Of a stretch of DNA of 64,000 nucleotides, positions 25,384-34,122 are shown in pieces; the first letter of the stretch is position 1; each line of letters opens with the position of its first letter. A program made the position numbers and the translations under genes. The DNA lies in the NCBI GenBank assembly GCA_963719515.1, contig CAVRCJ010000010.1, forward strand, positions 192,001 through 256,000, in the 5' to 3' direction. Under the pieces are notes generated by a model. The model was not told where the DNA came from. It searched no databases and saw only the letters and a program-made list of their open reading frames with translations. The DNA comes from an uncultured cyanobacterium. GTDB taxonomy: Bacteria; Cyanobacteriota; Cyanobacteriia; CAKZMO01.

Positions 25384-26631
25384 ATGACCACAACAACCCC
25401 TGACAAGGTCGCAGCGCCTCCGAAGTCCGCTCAGCCTGGCCCAGGAGAATGGCTGAAGGAGAACTTATTTAACGGCTGGTTCAACAGCTTGCTGACAATA
25501 GTGGTCGGTGCCATTCTGCTTTTTGCGGCCTGGGGCATCGTGAGCTGGGCCTTCACCACCGCCCAGTGGCGGGTCATCCCCAATAACTTAGGCCTGTTTA
25601 TGACCGGGCTTTACCCCCGGGAGATGTACTGGCGCATGTGGACGCTGTTCGGCATGGTGCTCACGCTAGCCGGGGTGAGCTTTGGAGTCCTAACACGCGA
25701 CTCGGCTAAGCTGCTGACGCGCCCGATGCTGATTGCCTTAGGGATATTGGTTGCCCTTATCCTCATCATTCCGGCGGTCACCGGTTCAGAGGAGGGACCA
25801 GGGCTGCTAACGGCCTTAAGCGCTTCCGTACTGGTGGCGCTAGTGGCCATCACTGTGGCAGCGGCGTTTATTGGTCGCACCGTCACCCAGAAGTCCCCAG
25901 GCTTAGCGCAGTGGCTGCCGCTGGCCTGGTTCCTCTCCTACATTGTGGCCCTATGGCTATTGGGAGGTGGCTTGGGCATTGAGTCAGTACGCTCAAACGA
26001 CTGGGGCGGCCTGGTGCTGACCCTGATTTTGGCGGTGACCGGCATCGCCCTGTGTTTTCCCATCGGGGTTGTCTTGGCCCTAGGGCGACGCAGCGAACTA
26101 CCCATCGTCCGCTGGCTGTCGGTGGCCTATATCGAGCTGGTGCGGGGGACGCCGCTGATCGCCATTTTGTTTATGGGGCAGGTGATGATCCCCTTGTTTT
26201 TGCCGGAAGGGGCCCGCCCGGACCGCATCATCCGCGCCGTCATCGCCCTGACCATCTTTAGCTCGGCTTACCTGGCGGAAAACGTGCGGGCGGGTCTGCA
26301 GGCGGTGCCCCGAGGGCAGACCGAGGCGTCTATTTCCCTAGGTCTCAACAAGCCGCTGACGGTGGCGTTCATTGTCCTGCCCCAGGCCCTGAAGACCGCT
26401 ATCCCGGCGGTGGTGGGTCAGTTCATCAGTCTATTTCAGGACACTACCCTGCTCGCGACCCTGGGCCTAATTGAGCTCCTGGGCATCAGTAACTCGGTGC
26501 TGGCCAACCCCAGCTATCTGGGGCGCTACATGGAGGTGTATCTGTTTATTGGGGTAATCTACTGGTTCTTCTGCTACGCCATGTCGCTAGGCAGTCGCCG
26601 CATCGAGAAGCAGCTCAATACGGGCCATTAA
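25384..26631 (+). CDS. natH: Amino-acid ABC permease (NatH/AapM type)
   Basis: IELVRGTPLI; AENVRAGLQAVPRGQTEA. Confidence 0.82.
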   Translation: MTTTTPDKVAAPPKSAQPGPGEWLKENLFNGWFNSLLTIVVGAILLFAAWGIVSWAFTTAQWRVIPNNLGLFMTGLYPREMYWRMWTLFGMVLTLAGVSFGVLTRDSAKLLTRPMLIALGILVALILIIPAVTGSEEGPGLLTALSASVLVALVAITVAAAFIGRTVTQKSPGLAQWLPLAWFLSYIVALWLLGGGLGIESVRSNDWGGLVLTLILAVTGIALCFPIGVVLALGRRSELPIVRWLSVAYIELVRGTPLIAILFMGQVMIPLFLPEGARPDRIIRAVIALTIFSSAYLAENVRAGLQAVPRGQTEASISLGLNKPLTVAFIVLPQALKTAIPAVVGQFISLFQDTTLLATLGLIELLGISNSVLANPSYLGRYMEVYLFIGVIYWFFCYAMSLGSRRIEKQLNTGH

Positions 26632-26745
26632 ACGGTGCCTCGGGTTCGCCCTCTGCTAGGAGGCGAGCCCCAACAAGTCATGCTCACCCTAGGCCAAACC
26701 GCTTTTGGGTGACGCCATTAAAAACTATATTTAGGAGAAAATCCA

Positions 26746-27531
26746 ATGGCTGTATCTGAAACCTATACCGATCCCACAGCCGCTCAAAACGGCAGTGGTG
26801 GTCCTGTAATCGTCGCTACAGGCGTAGAAAAGTGGTACGGCGCTTTTCACGTCCTCAAAGGGGTAGACCTCACCGTCAACAAAGGGGAGGTGGTGGTGGT
26901 CATGGGACCTTCTGGTTCGGGTAAATCTACCTTTATTCGCACCTTCAACGCCCTGGAGACTTACCAAAAAGGCAGCATCGTCATTGACGGCGTCAAGATT
27001 TCCCACGACCTTAAGGATATCGAGTCCATCCGCCGTGAGGTGGGCATGGTGTTTCAGCAGTTCAACCTGTTTCCCCATTTGACGGTGCTCAAGAACGTGA
27101 CCCTGGCTCCCATCTGGGTGCGCCGCTGGGCCAAGGCCAAGGCCGAAGAAGAAGCCATGCGTCTGCTGGAGCGGGTGGGCATTCTGGAGCAGGCCAAGAA
27201 GTATCCGGGGCAGCTCTCCGGCGGTCAGCAGCAGCGGGTGGCTATAGCTCGGGCTCTGGCCATGAAGCCGAAGGTGATGCTGTTTGACGAGCCGACATCG
27301 GCCCTAGACCCCGAGATGGTGCGGGAGGTGCTGGACGTGATGCGCGGCCTGGCCGATGAGGGGATGACCATGGTGGTGGTGACCCACGAGGTGGGCTTTG
27401 CCCGTGAGGTGGCGGACCGGGTGGTGTTGATGGATGGGGGCGTGCTGGTGGAGGATGCGAAGCCGGAGGCGTTCTTTAATAACCCGCAGGAAGAGCGATC
27501 GAGGAAGTTCTTGTCTCAGATTTGTAAATAG
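26746..27531 (+). CDS. Amino-acid ABC ATP-binding subunit (BgtA/AapP type)
   Basis: [17 protein letters not shown] and FDEPTSALD motifs. Confidence 0.93.
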   Translation: MAVSETYTDPTAAQNGSGGPVIVATGVEKWYGAFHVLKGVDLTVNKGEVVVVMGPSGSGKSTFIRTFNALETYQKGSIVIDGVKISHDLKDIESIRREVGMVFQQFNLFPHLTVLKNVTLAPIWVRRWAKAKAEEEAMRLLERVGILEQAKKYPGQLSGGQQQRVAIARALAMKPKVMLFDEPTSALDPEMVREVLDVMRGLADEGMTMVVVTHEVGFAREVADRVVLMDGGVLVEDAKPEAFFNNPQEERSRKFLSQICK

Positions 27532-27828
27532 TCCGGACACTTTTCTGGGCAAGCGCTGAAACTATTGATTTCTCGTTAGCCGAGCTGCTGTAGAAGAGGC
27601 CTGAAACCCGCATTCCACTGTTAGCCACCGAAAACGTCCGGAGTGTTGTAAGCGCTGAGATATTGAACATGACCTGTGAGGCTCTGGGGCTCGATAATGA
27701 GTTCTGGAGCTTCGCTACGACGATTTGTTCCCCCGGTGACAAGGCAACTGTAGTGATGGCCACTGGTGGCGATCGCCTCGCGATAGCTTTGCTCTTATCG
27801 CTCCTTGACTGCATGCCTCTGTACTCAT

Positions 27829-28161
27829 TCAATACAGCGTGAGCATGCCCGCTTGAGGATCAGCGGCGAGGGCTTGAATGTCCAATAGATGCCGTCGCAA
27901 AATGGCTTCAATTTCGTTCGTGCTGCAGTTGCCGCGTCGTATCCACACGATCTTAGGCGGGAAGCCTTTGAGCTGCATCAAGTCGTTGTAATCGTTGTCG
28001 CGGGTAACGATTGTGAAACCCTGCTCCTGGGCGTAGCGCCATACTTCAATATCTTCGGCTTCTGCCATATCGAGGCGGTAGACATGGGCGGATTCTGGAA
28101 ATAGGTCGGCGATGCGATCGACTAATCGCGGCGAGAGGTTGTGATCAAAGAGTAGTTTCAT
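27829..28161 (-). CDS. DUF5615 PIN-like toxin
   Basis: MKLLFDHNLS...D.EVW.YA...IVTRDND...PPKIVW; 4-bp overlap with the upstream DUF433 gene. Confidence 0.85.
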   Translation of the reverse strand: MKLLFDHNLSPRLVDRIADLFPESAHVYRLDMAEAEDIEVWRYAQEQGFTIVTRDNDYNDLMQLKGFPPKIVWIRRGNCSTNEIEAILRRHLLDIQALAADPQAGMLTLY

Positions 28162-28382
28162 GCCTGTATGGCTAGGGTCTGTCTCTCGCGATCAGCAGCA
28201 TACTGTAGGCAGGCTAGGATGTCTGCTTGGGTGAGATAGGGGAAATCTTCTAGGATTTCGGCGTAGGTCATACCTGAGGCGAGGTATGACAATACATCGT
28301 AAACGGTGATTCGCATGCCTCGGATGCAGGGTTTTCCGCTGCGCTTGCCGGGTTCAATGGTGATGATGTCTTTGTAGTTCAT
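28158..28382 (-). CDS. DUF433 antitoxin
   Basis: PGKRSGKPCIRGMRITVYDVL...EILEDFPYLT..DI.ACL. Confidence 0.9.
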   Translation of the reverse strand: MNYKDIITIEPGKRSGKPCIRGMRITVYDVLSYLASGMTYAEILEDFPYLTQADILACLQYAADRERQTLAIQA

Positions 28383-28469
28383 AATCTATGGGCTAGACGA
28401 TAGATTCGGGGGCGGCTAGTTGCGTTTTGATGGCCTCAGCTATCAGCTCGAAGTGCTTTTGCTCGATTC

Positions 28470-28670
28470 TCAATTACTTTCGCAATGTTTGTCCAAACTT
28501 GGTCGCGATCGCTTGTTGTCCTGGTGATCCAGCAACGAAGAAACCGCAATCTCAACCACTAGATTAGGGGCCGGATAGCGGTTTAAATCCACCACCGCCG
28601 TTTCCCTAGGGAGGGACTTAGAGGACTTATCCGAATAGATTCCTCCAGCATATCGCTCTATACCCTGCAT
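28470..28670 (-). pseudogene. Uma2-family endonuclease internal fragment
   Basis: DLNRYPAPNLVVEIAVSSL resembles the Uma2 PDLVIEI motif; N-terminus and EYW region missing. Confidence 0.6.
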
Positions 28671-28709
28671 CCGCTCCCTAACCCATCGCAGCTAGCGACG
28701 GCTACATCG

Positions 28710-29330
28710 TTACACTTTAGCCAAATGATTCAGGATAGAAAGCACCTGGTAAAGCTCGTTTCCTGGATTGAACAAAGAAAATAATTTGGACGTTGCATAC
28801 TGAGCTGTGGGCTGGCGCTGAGCTTTCAAAAACATAAACTCCGTGCCATTAGTCATGAAGCCAAACGTCGGTCGCGTCTGGTTCGGGTTGCCCATCATAT
28901 AGGCTAGGGTTTGAGGTAGGGCACGCGTCACGGCAAAATCGCTGCGCTTTGATTCAATGACGACCAACCAAAGCAAGTCGTTGAGGACGAGGACATCAAT
29001 ACGACCCCGAATGAGGGTGCCTTCATCTTCTAGCGTAATATCGATACTGGTTTCAGTGGTGATGCGAAACGGGCGACGGTAGAAGCCCGCCAAGTCCAAT
29101 AACGGACCTAATACAACCATTTTGACGCTGTTTTCCAGAACTGGCGGATCTTCGAGTAGGTCTAGAAAGTTGCCTTTGACCCGATCAAGCGATCGCTGCT
29201 CAGACTCGCTGACGGTCTCTAGTTTGGCCTGCCACTCAAAAAAGAACTGGGTATCTGCAGCCGGCTGCAGATTGAGCGTCCGTTTGAGGGTCTTCAGGGT
29301 GACTGCTGCGGCAGGAATCGCTTGAACCAT
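28710..29330 (-). CDS. Stand-alone PD-(D/E)xK nuclease-like protein (type I R-subunit N-terminal-like)
   Basis: GRIDVLV...VIESKR...ALPQTLAYM...TNGTEF. Confidence 0.75.
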   Translation of the reverse strand: MVQAIPAAAVTLKTLKRTLNLQPAADTQFFFEWQAKLETVSESEQRSLDRVKGNFLDLLEDPPVLENSVKMVVLGPLLDLAGFYRRPFRITTETSIDITLEDEGTLIRGRIDVLVLNDLLWLVVIESKRSDFAVTRALPQTLAYMMGNPNQTRPTFGFMTNGTEFMFLKAQRQPTAQYATSKLFSLFNPGNELYQVLSILNHLAKV

Positions 29331-29415
29331 GGTGTACCTATCTGCTTTACAGACTTAGAGTGCCTTGTACGGACTGCGATCGCCCCAACAACAGTCTCAT
29401 TCTGCCCCAATTTGC

Positions 29416-29667
29416 AATGTCAGCGCCCTACAACTTAAAGTCGCTCTGTCCGCACTAAAGGTCAACAGCCCCATAGTCAGTTATCGTAGCTGCGCAATAA
29501 AGATCCATCCCTGCACAGCCAATGTACAGCGCCGCACAGTCAATAGGCACGGCTGCGCATCAAAGATCAGCCCATCATATTTTAGTCTGCAGGCCCTGAT
29601 CTCAATGTACAGCGATCGCAATAAAACTTTCGGCTGCCCCCTTGCCACCAGCAGCACAAATGCTCTA
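29416..29667. repeat. Degenerate 21-bp-period array (~12 units)
   Basis: Cut at 21-nt intervals from 29416, all 12 units begin with A (7 with AA); the central units share a YGCRCA-like core (e.g. AAGATCCATCCCTGCACAGCC, AATGTACAGCGCCGCACAGTC, AATAGGCACGGCTGCGCATCA). Confidence 0.65.
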
Positions 29668-29895
29668 TTCTCTGGAGCTAGAGCCGTGTCCCATGGTTCT
29701 AGTCTCCCAAAGATTCGGTCTGGCGGAGCCGCATGTTGCCGAACACAACATGCAGCCCCTAAGCCACCAAGACAGAAGTAGCTGTCCGGATGACCTTGGT
29801 TGATTGTACCTGAGTCATTTCGAACCTCTTAAAGCGCTTGGAATGTCCGGGTTCTTTGGGGGACTCCAAACCCATACACAAAACTGGAGTCCCTC

Positions 29896-30246
29896 ATGAC
29901 AATCCAATACCCCGCGTGGTCCCTTACCCAAGAGGCCGCACAGCTCGCAGTGAGGCAACAGCTCGCTGCGGACAAAGCCGCACGGCTAGATTTCTCCCTT
30001 CGAGGCAGATCCCGCTATCCCCACGCTGCTGGAGCCTTCGCCAGCTCCGGGTGTGAGCATTTACGGCATCTGCTCATCGGCTCTCCCGCTGGCGTACAGG
30101 AGGCGATCGCCCGTCTGCACCTGCTTGACTACGTGGAACGTCACTACTGGACCCCGCTAATTCAGATCACCAGTCGCGGCATCCACATCACCCCTGCCCA
30201 GGGCCAGGTGCTCAGCTACCTGGTGCAGCAGCGGTCTCTTCGATAA
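29896..30246 (+). CDS. Small hypothetical protein ('GSP..LH..Y.E..W' family)
   Basis: GGAG SD; EHLRHLLIGSPAGVQEAIARLHLLDYVERHYWTPL...GQVLSYL; in-window paralogue at 40410. Confidence 0.75.
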   Translation: MTIQYPAWSLTQEAAQLAVRQQLAADKAARLDFSLRGRSRYPHAAGAFASSGCEHLRHLLIGSPAGVQEAIARLHLLDYVERHYWTPLIQITSRGIHITPAQGQVLSYLVQQRSLR

Positions 30247-30331
30247 TGGGCTATGGAGCAGCAAAATCGGTAGGAGGCATTGTCTAGCCTACGATTTTGC
30301 TTCAGGGTTGTCCTGCTAAAATAGGCATTGC

Positions 30332-30612
30332 TTGGGGGCAGCCTGCCCCCAAACCCCCGCTGAAGGACGAGCGCGTCCCCCAGACTCTCTCCGCAAGGCC
30401 GTATCCCATTGCCCTTTTCAGTTTAGGTTCGGCCAAGTATCGGCTCCAGGCCTAAAGCTGTAGCTACCTCCACTTGGCGATCGCTCCACCCCTCATCTCT
30501 AGCCAAACCGCACCAAAACCCCCAACCACTCACAAGCAATCCATTATGCAGGGGGCCGCTGGGGGAGGCATTTCGTCCCCCAGCAACGGGGGCTTGGGGG
30601 CCGCGCCCCCAA
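30332..30612. repeat. Inverted pair of GC-rich REP-like palindromic elements (MITE/REPIN-like)
   Basis: Left TTGGGGGCAGCCTGCCCCCAAACCCCCG...GGACGA...TCCCCCAG; right, reverse-complemented, TTGGGGGCGCGGCCCCCAAGCCCCCG...GGACGA...TCCCCCAG. Confidence 0.65.
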
Positions 30613-30640
30613 ATACCATCTCTCACCTCTTCTCCAACAT

Positions 30641-30673
30641 AAAAAAGCGCCCCCGCGATGGGAGGCGCTTTTT
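30641..30673 (-). terminator. psbA rho-independent terminator
   Basis: Minus strand AAAAAGCGCCTCC-catcgc-GGGGGCGCTTTTTT, ~40 bp after the psbA stop. Confidence 0.8.
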
Positions 30674-30713
30674 CAATTCAAGCTAACTCAAGGATTCGCT
30701 GTGAAGGCGCTTC

Positions 30714-31777
30714 CTAGCCGTTGATGGCAGGTGCCTCAGCAGCAGCAAGGTCAAGCGGGAAGTTGTGAGCGTTGCGCTCGTGCATCACTTCCATACCCAG
30801 GTTGGCGCGGTTGATGATGTCCGCCCAGGTGTTGATGACCCGGCCCTGGCTGTCTAGAACAGACTGGTTGAAGTTGAACCCGTTCAGGTTGAACGCCATC
30901 GTGCTGATGCCCAGCGCCGTGAACCAGATGCCTACGACAGGCCATGCACCCAAGAAGAAGTGCAGTGCGCGTGAGTTGTTGAACGATGCATATTGGAAGA
31001 TCAGGCGGCCGAAGTAGCCGTGCGCTGCAACGATGTTGTAGGTCTCTTCTTCTTGCCCGAACTTGTAGCCGTAGTTCTGGCTCTCGCTCTCAGTCGTCTC
31101 TCGCACCAGTGAAGAGGTCACCAGTGAACCGTGCATCGCGCTGAACAGCGCTCCGCCGAAGACGCCTGCCACACCCAGCATGTGGAAGGGGTGCATCAGG
31201 ATGTTGTGCTCTGCCTGGAACACGAACATGAAGTTGAACGTACCCGAGATGCCTAGCGGCATGCCGTCAGAGAATGAACCCTGTCCGATGGGGTAGATCA
31301 GGAAGACTGCAGATGCCGCTGCAACAGGTGCAGAGTAAGCAACGCAAATCCAGGGGCGCATGCCCAGACGGTAGGATAGTTCCCACTCGCGGCCCATGTA
31401 GCAGAAGACGCCAATCAGGAAGTGGAATACCACCAGCTGGTAAGGTCCGCCGTTGTACAGCCACTCGTCAAGTGATGCTGCTTCCCAGATGGGGTAGAAG
31501 TGAAGACCAATGGCGTTGGATGACGGAACAATTGCACCAGAGATGATGTTGTTGCCGTACATCAGTGAACCTGCAACAGGCTCGCGGATGCCGTCGATGT
31601 CAACGGGAGGAGCCGCCACGAAGGCGATGAGGAAGCAGGTGGTAGCAGCTAAGAGAGTCGGAATCATCAGGACGCCGAACCAGCCTACGTAGAGGCGGTT
31701 GTTGGTGCTGGTGACCCACTCGCAGAACTGCTGCCATACGTTAGCGCAGTAGAGCGCTGCTGTAGGGTAGTAGTCAT
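30714..31777 (-). pseudogene. psbA: Photosystem II D1 protein with a +2 frameshift at codon ~10 (real lesion or assembly error)
   Basis: Canonical start MTTTLQQRS at 31777 is out of frame with [10 protein letters not shown]. The remainder is an intact standard D1 (Q130, D170, E189, H332, E333, D342, A344). Confidence 0.85.
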
Positions 31778-31863
31778 AATTGCGGTTGGTGTTATTGATT
31801 GGATGTATTAGGTGGGAGGTCTGTAACCGTTTGGTTGCTTCCCACTGATTCAACATTACAGGG

Positions 31864-31881
31864 TTTGTAAACAAAAGTAAA
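31864..31881 (-). promoter_or_regulatory. HLR1 (RpaB)-like direct repeat in the psbA promoter
   Basis: Minus strand TTTACTTT-tg-TTTACAAA, followed by a TAATGT -10-like box at 31853-31858. Confidence 0.6.
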
Positions 31882-32034
31882 GCGATTCGTTACAAAGCTC
31901 AGCTACTTGGTGTAGCAGCGGCCTCTGCGGTATCGATTTGGAGGGCAGATTAAACCGTTCGTAGGTCGGGCAGTACCCGATCTACCGATTTCATACATCC
32001 CAAAAAAACAATTTGTGAAACAACCCGGTACCCG

Positions 32035-32451
32035 TCACTTGCCCGGTGCCGTCAGCTCCATGCGGATGCCGCCAGGAATATAGAACATCATGTGCTGCGC
32101 CGGGCCGCCGCCCAGATTCTCAGGGGCAAACTCAATTTCCACGCCGGGCGTAGCCTTTAAGGTTTCGTACAGCGAATTGAGAGCGTCAACGCCGTCTACT
32201 CTGAGGGCGAAATGGTGCAGGCCTACATTGGTTTTCCGATCGAAGGGGGTTGCGCTGTCGGGGTGGGCCGCTTGCCACAAAGTCAACATTCCAGTTCCAT
32301 CCGACAGAAATACGGCGGGATAGTCTGGTTTTTCGCCGACCTGCTTAAATTCCAGGACGTTGATAAAAAAGTCGCGGGTTGAGGCCAGGTCAGGAACGGT
32401 TAGTCCAATGTGATGCGGGCCTTGAGTTAATGCCATGGTTGAGGTCTCCAT
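32035..32451 (-). CDS. VOC/glyoxalase family protein
   Basis: HHIGLTVPDL, GLHHFALRV and PGGIRMEL motifs. Confidence 0.88.
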   Translation of the reverse strand: METSTMALTQGPHHIGLTVPDLASTRDFFINVLEFKQVGEKPDYPAVFLSDGTGMLTLWQAAHPDSATPFDRKTNVGLHHFALRVDGVDALNSLYETLKATPGVEIEFAPENLGGGPAQHMMFYIPGGIRMELTAPGK

Positions 32452-32535
32452 ATAGATAGGACGGAGTTTTCAAACGTTTTGAAGGGACGTGACAGCGAAG
32501 TAATCTACTGCAGCCCCACACCGACGTCGTCAGAA

Positions 32536-33513
32536 TTAAGGCGCTACAGCATCCCAGGTGCCGGTACGCTCCAAAAATGGTGAATACTCACCAAACTGAA
32601 ACCGTAAGGGCAGACTCGCCGAGACCCGCTTCCAGTCGTCTACGCGAATGCGAATCAGCCGCTCCGCCCCCTGAAAGGCATCCACGTCCGGCCCATCCCA
32701 AACAATGCTGGCCTGCCCCGTGAGGTAGAGTAAGTCACCACTATCGAAGTCGATGAAGGTTACCCCGGCCTTAGCGGTGAGCAAGATATTGCCCACCGTG
32801 TTGTAGTAGAAATTCCCCGTAAAATCTGGAAATGCCAAGGTTCGGTCATGCTCAACTCGAACAAATCCAGGCTTGCCGCCCCGATGGGAGACGTCTGCCC
32901 CCAAAGATGGGCTGTCGTCTCCAGGGGTATAGCTGGTGGCGATGAACAGGGTATCGGCCCCGGCAATTAGGCGACGAGCGTCATCGTCCAAGCAGTCACC
33001 CTGAGCAACTTCGCGCACCTGCTGCGGATGGTGAACGTCCGGCAAAATCTCGATGTCTCGGGTCTGGATGTATTGGGGGCAGTTGCCAAACGCCTGCGCA
33101 ATCGACACCGTGATACCGGCCTTGTCTATTGCGTCAACCCGCCCCGTTAGCCGATTGCGACGGCGATTGGCGGGCAAGATGCCCAGAATTCCTACCTCGG
33201 CACCAACCGCTAGATTCTCTGCGAAGGGAGAACCGAACAGGGGCTGCGTCGCGATGTGCAGCTGACGCGGGTCAGAAGTGATGAACCCAGGTGGGCCGGT
33301 GAGGATAGAGGCCCAAGGGCGACCTCGAGAATCGGTGGTGCCAACGATTAAGAAGGGCAGCAGGGCGTAAAACTCCCGGTGCTGCTCGGGTAGGTAGTCC
33401 CGAATGACCTTGCGGCCAAAGGCTTCCACTGTTTCCCGCACCCCCATGTGGGTCTGTACGGCTTGTTCTCCAGCGTGAAACGGGGATTCGGCATGGGTCC
33501 AACCTGGGTTCAT
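32536..33513 (-). CDS. Pyridoxamine 5'-phosphate oxidase-like flavin-binding protein (two split barrels)
   Basis: SPFHAGEQAVQ, RRRNRLTG, GNCPQYIQ, DVSHRGGKPGF and NTVGNI motifs. Confidence 0.85.
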   Translation of the reverse strand: MNPGWTHAESPFHAGEQAVQTHMGVRETVEAFGRKVIRDYLPEQHREFYALLPFLIVGTTDSRGRPWASILTGPPGFITSDPRQLHIATQPLFGSPFAENLAVGAEVGILGILPANRRRNRLTGRVDAIDKAGITVSIAQAFGNCPQYIQTRDIEILPDVHHPQQVREVAQGDCLDDDARRLIAGADTLFIATSYTPGDDSPSLGADVSHRGGKPGFVRVEHDRTLAFPDFTGNFYYNTVGNILLTAKAGVTFIDFDSGDLLYLTGQASIVWDGPDVDAFQGAERLIRIRVDDWKRVSASLPLRFQFGEYSPFLERTGTWDAVAP

Positions 33514-34122
33514 GATGATTCCTCTGCTGGTGAAAAACTGAGTTGTATCCTTTCACGAGGATGATGGTCAGGTAAAGAAAGTACTTTGATGATGCAGCTA
33601 GCTATCTGAATACTCGAAGATGGGCGCATCTCTTTGCTCTACTAGCGCCGCGCTTACATCCTATCTATAGGTAGGTAAATCTGTCAAGCATGGCGTTAGA
33701 CTGCGGAGGTCTGTGAGAGTGCTTAGCCGCGATGGCCCCCTGTCGAAAAGCGATCGCCGCCCTATAAGTTAAGGGACACAGCCGCGCTGCCTTCCTAGCT
33801 CAGCCGTCCCTTTAATATCTATCCAACATCGCTTTTCAAACATAGACGGATTCTTGGCAGGGCTCTACCGACGCCTACGGAGACTTAAGCTTTTTCTCAA
33901 AAAGCGTCACCTCTCCAGGAACCTATTGCTGATTTATACGTCTAATCACTTAGAGCTTCTGGTGTTTTTTGTTGCTGATAGCGCTTCAGTAATAGAGCGA
34001 CGGCACAATCTACGGGGTTCACGCTCAATCTATGCCGAGAGCTAACGGTTTTGCCGCTTGGCTAGATATGCGAAAGGGGATGCACGCCACTCATCAACAT
34101 ATCCATGTTTAAAGGAGAGGCC

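Noticed and set aside
27476..27832. 118-aa minus-strand ORF after the DUF5615 toxin
   Set aside because: Overlaps the convergent ABC ATPase end and shows no motif; may be a relic but cannot be supported
30714..31777. Atypical (rogue, far-red or chlorophyll f synthase) D1
   Set aside because: All checked Mn4Ca ligands and the processing site are standard
31778..31874. N-terminally extended 386-aa D1
   Set aside because: The extension is promoter/5' UTR read in the shifted frame, an artefact of the frameshift
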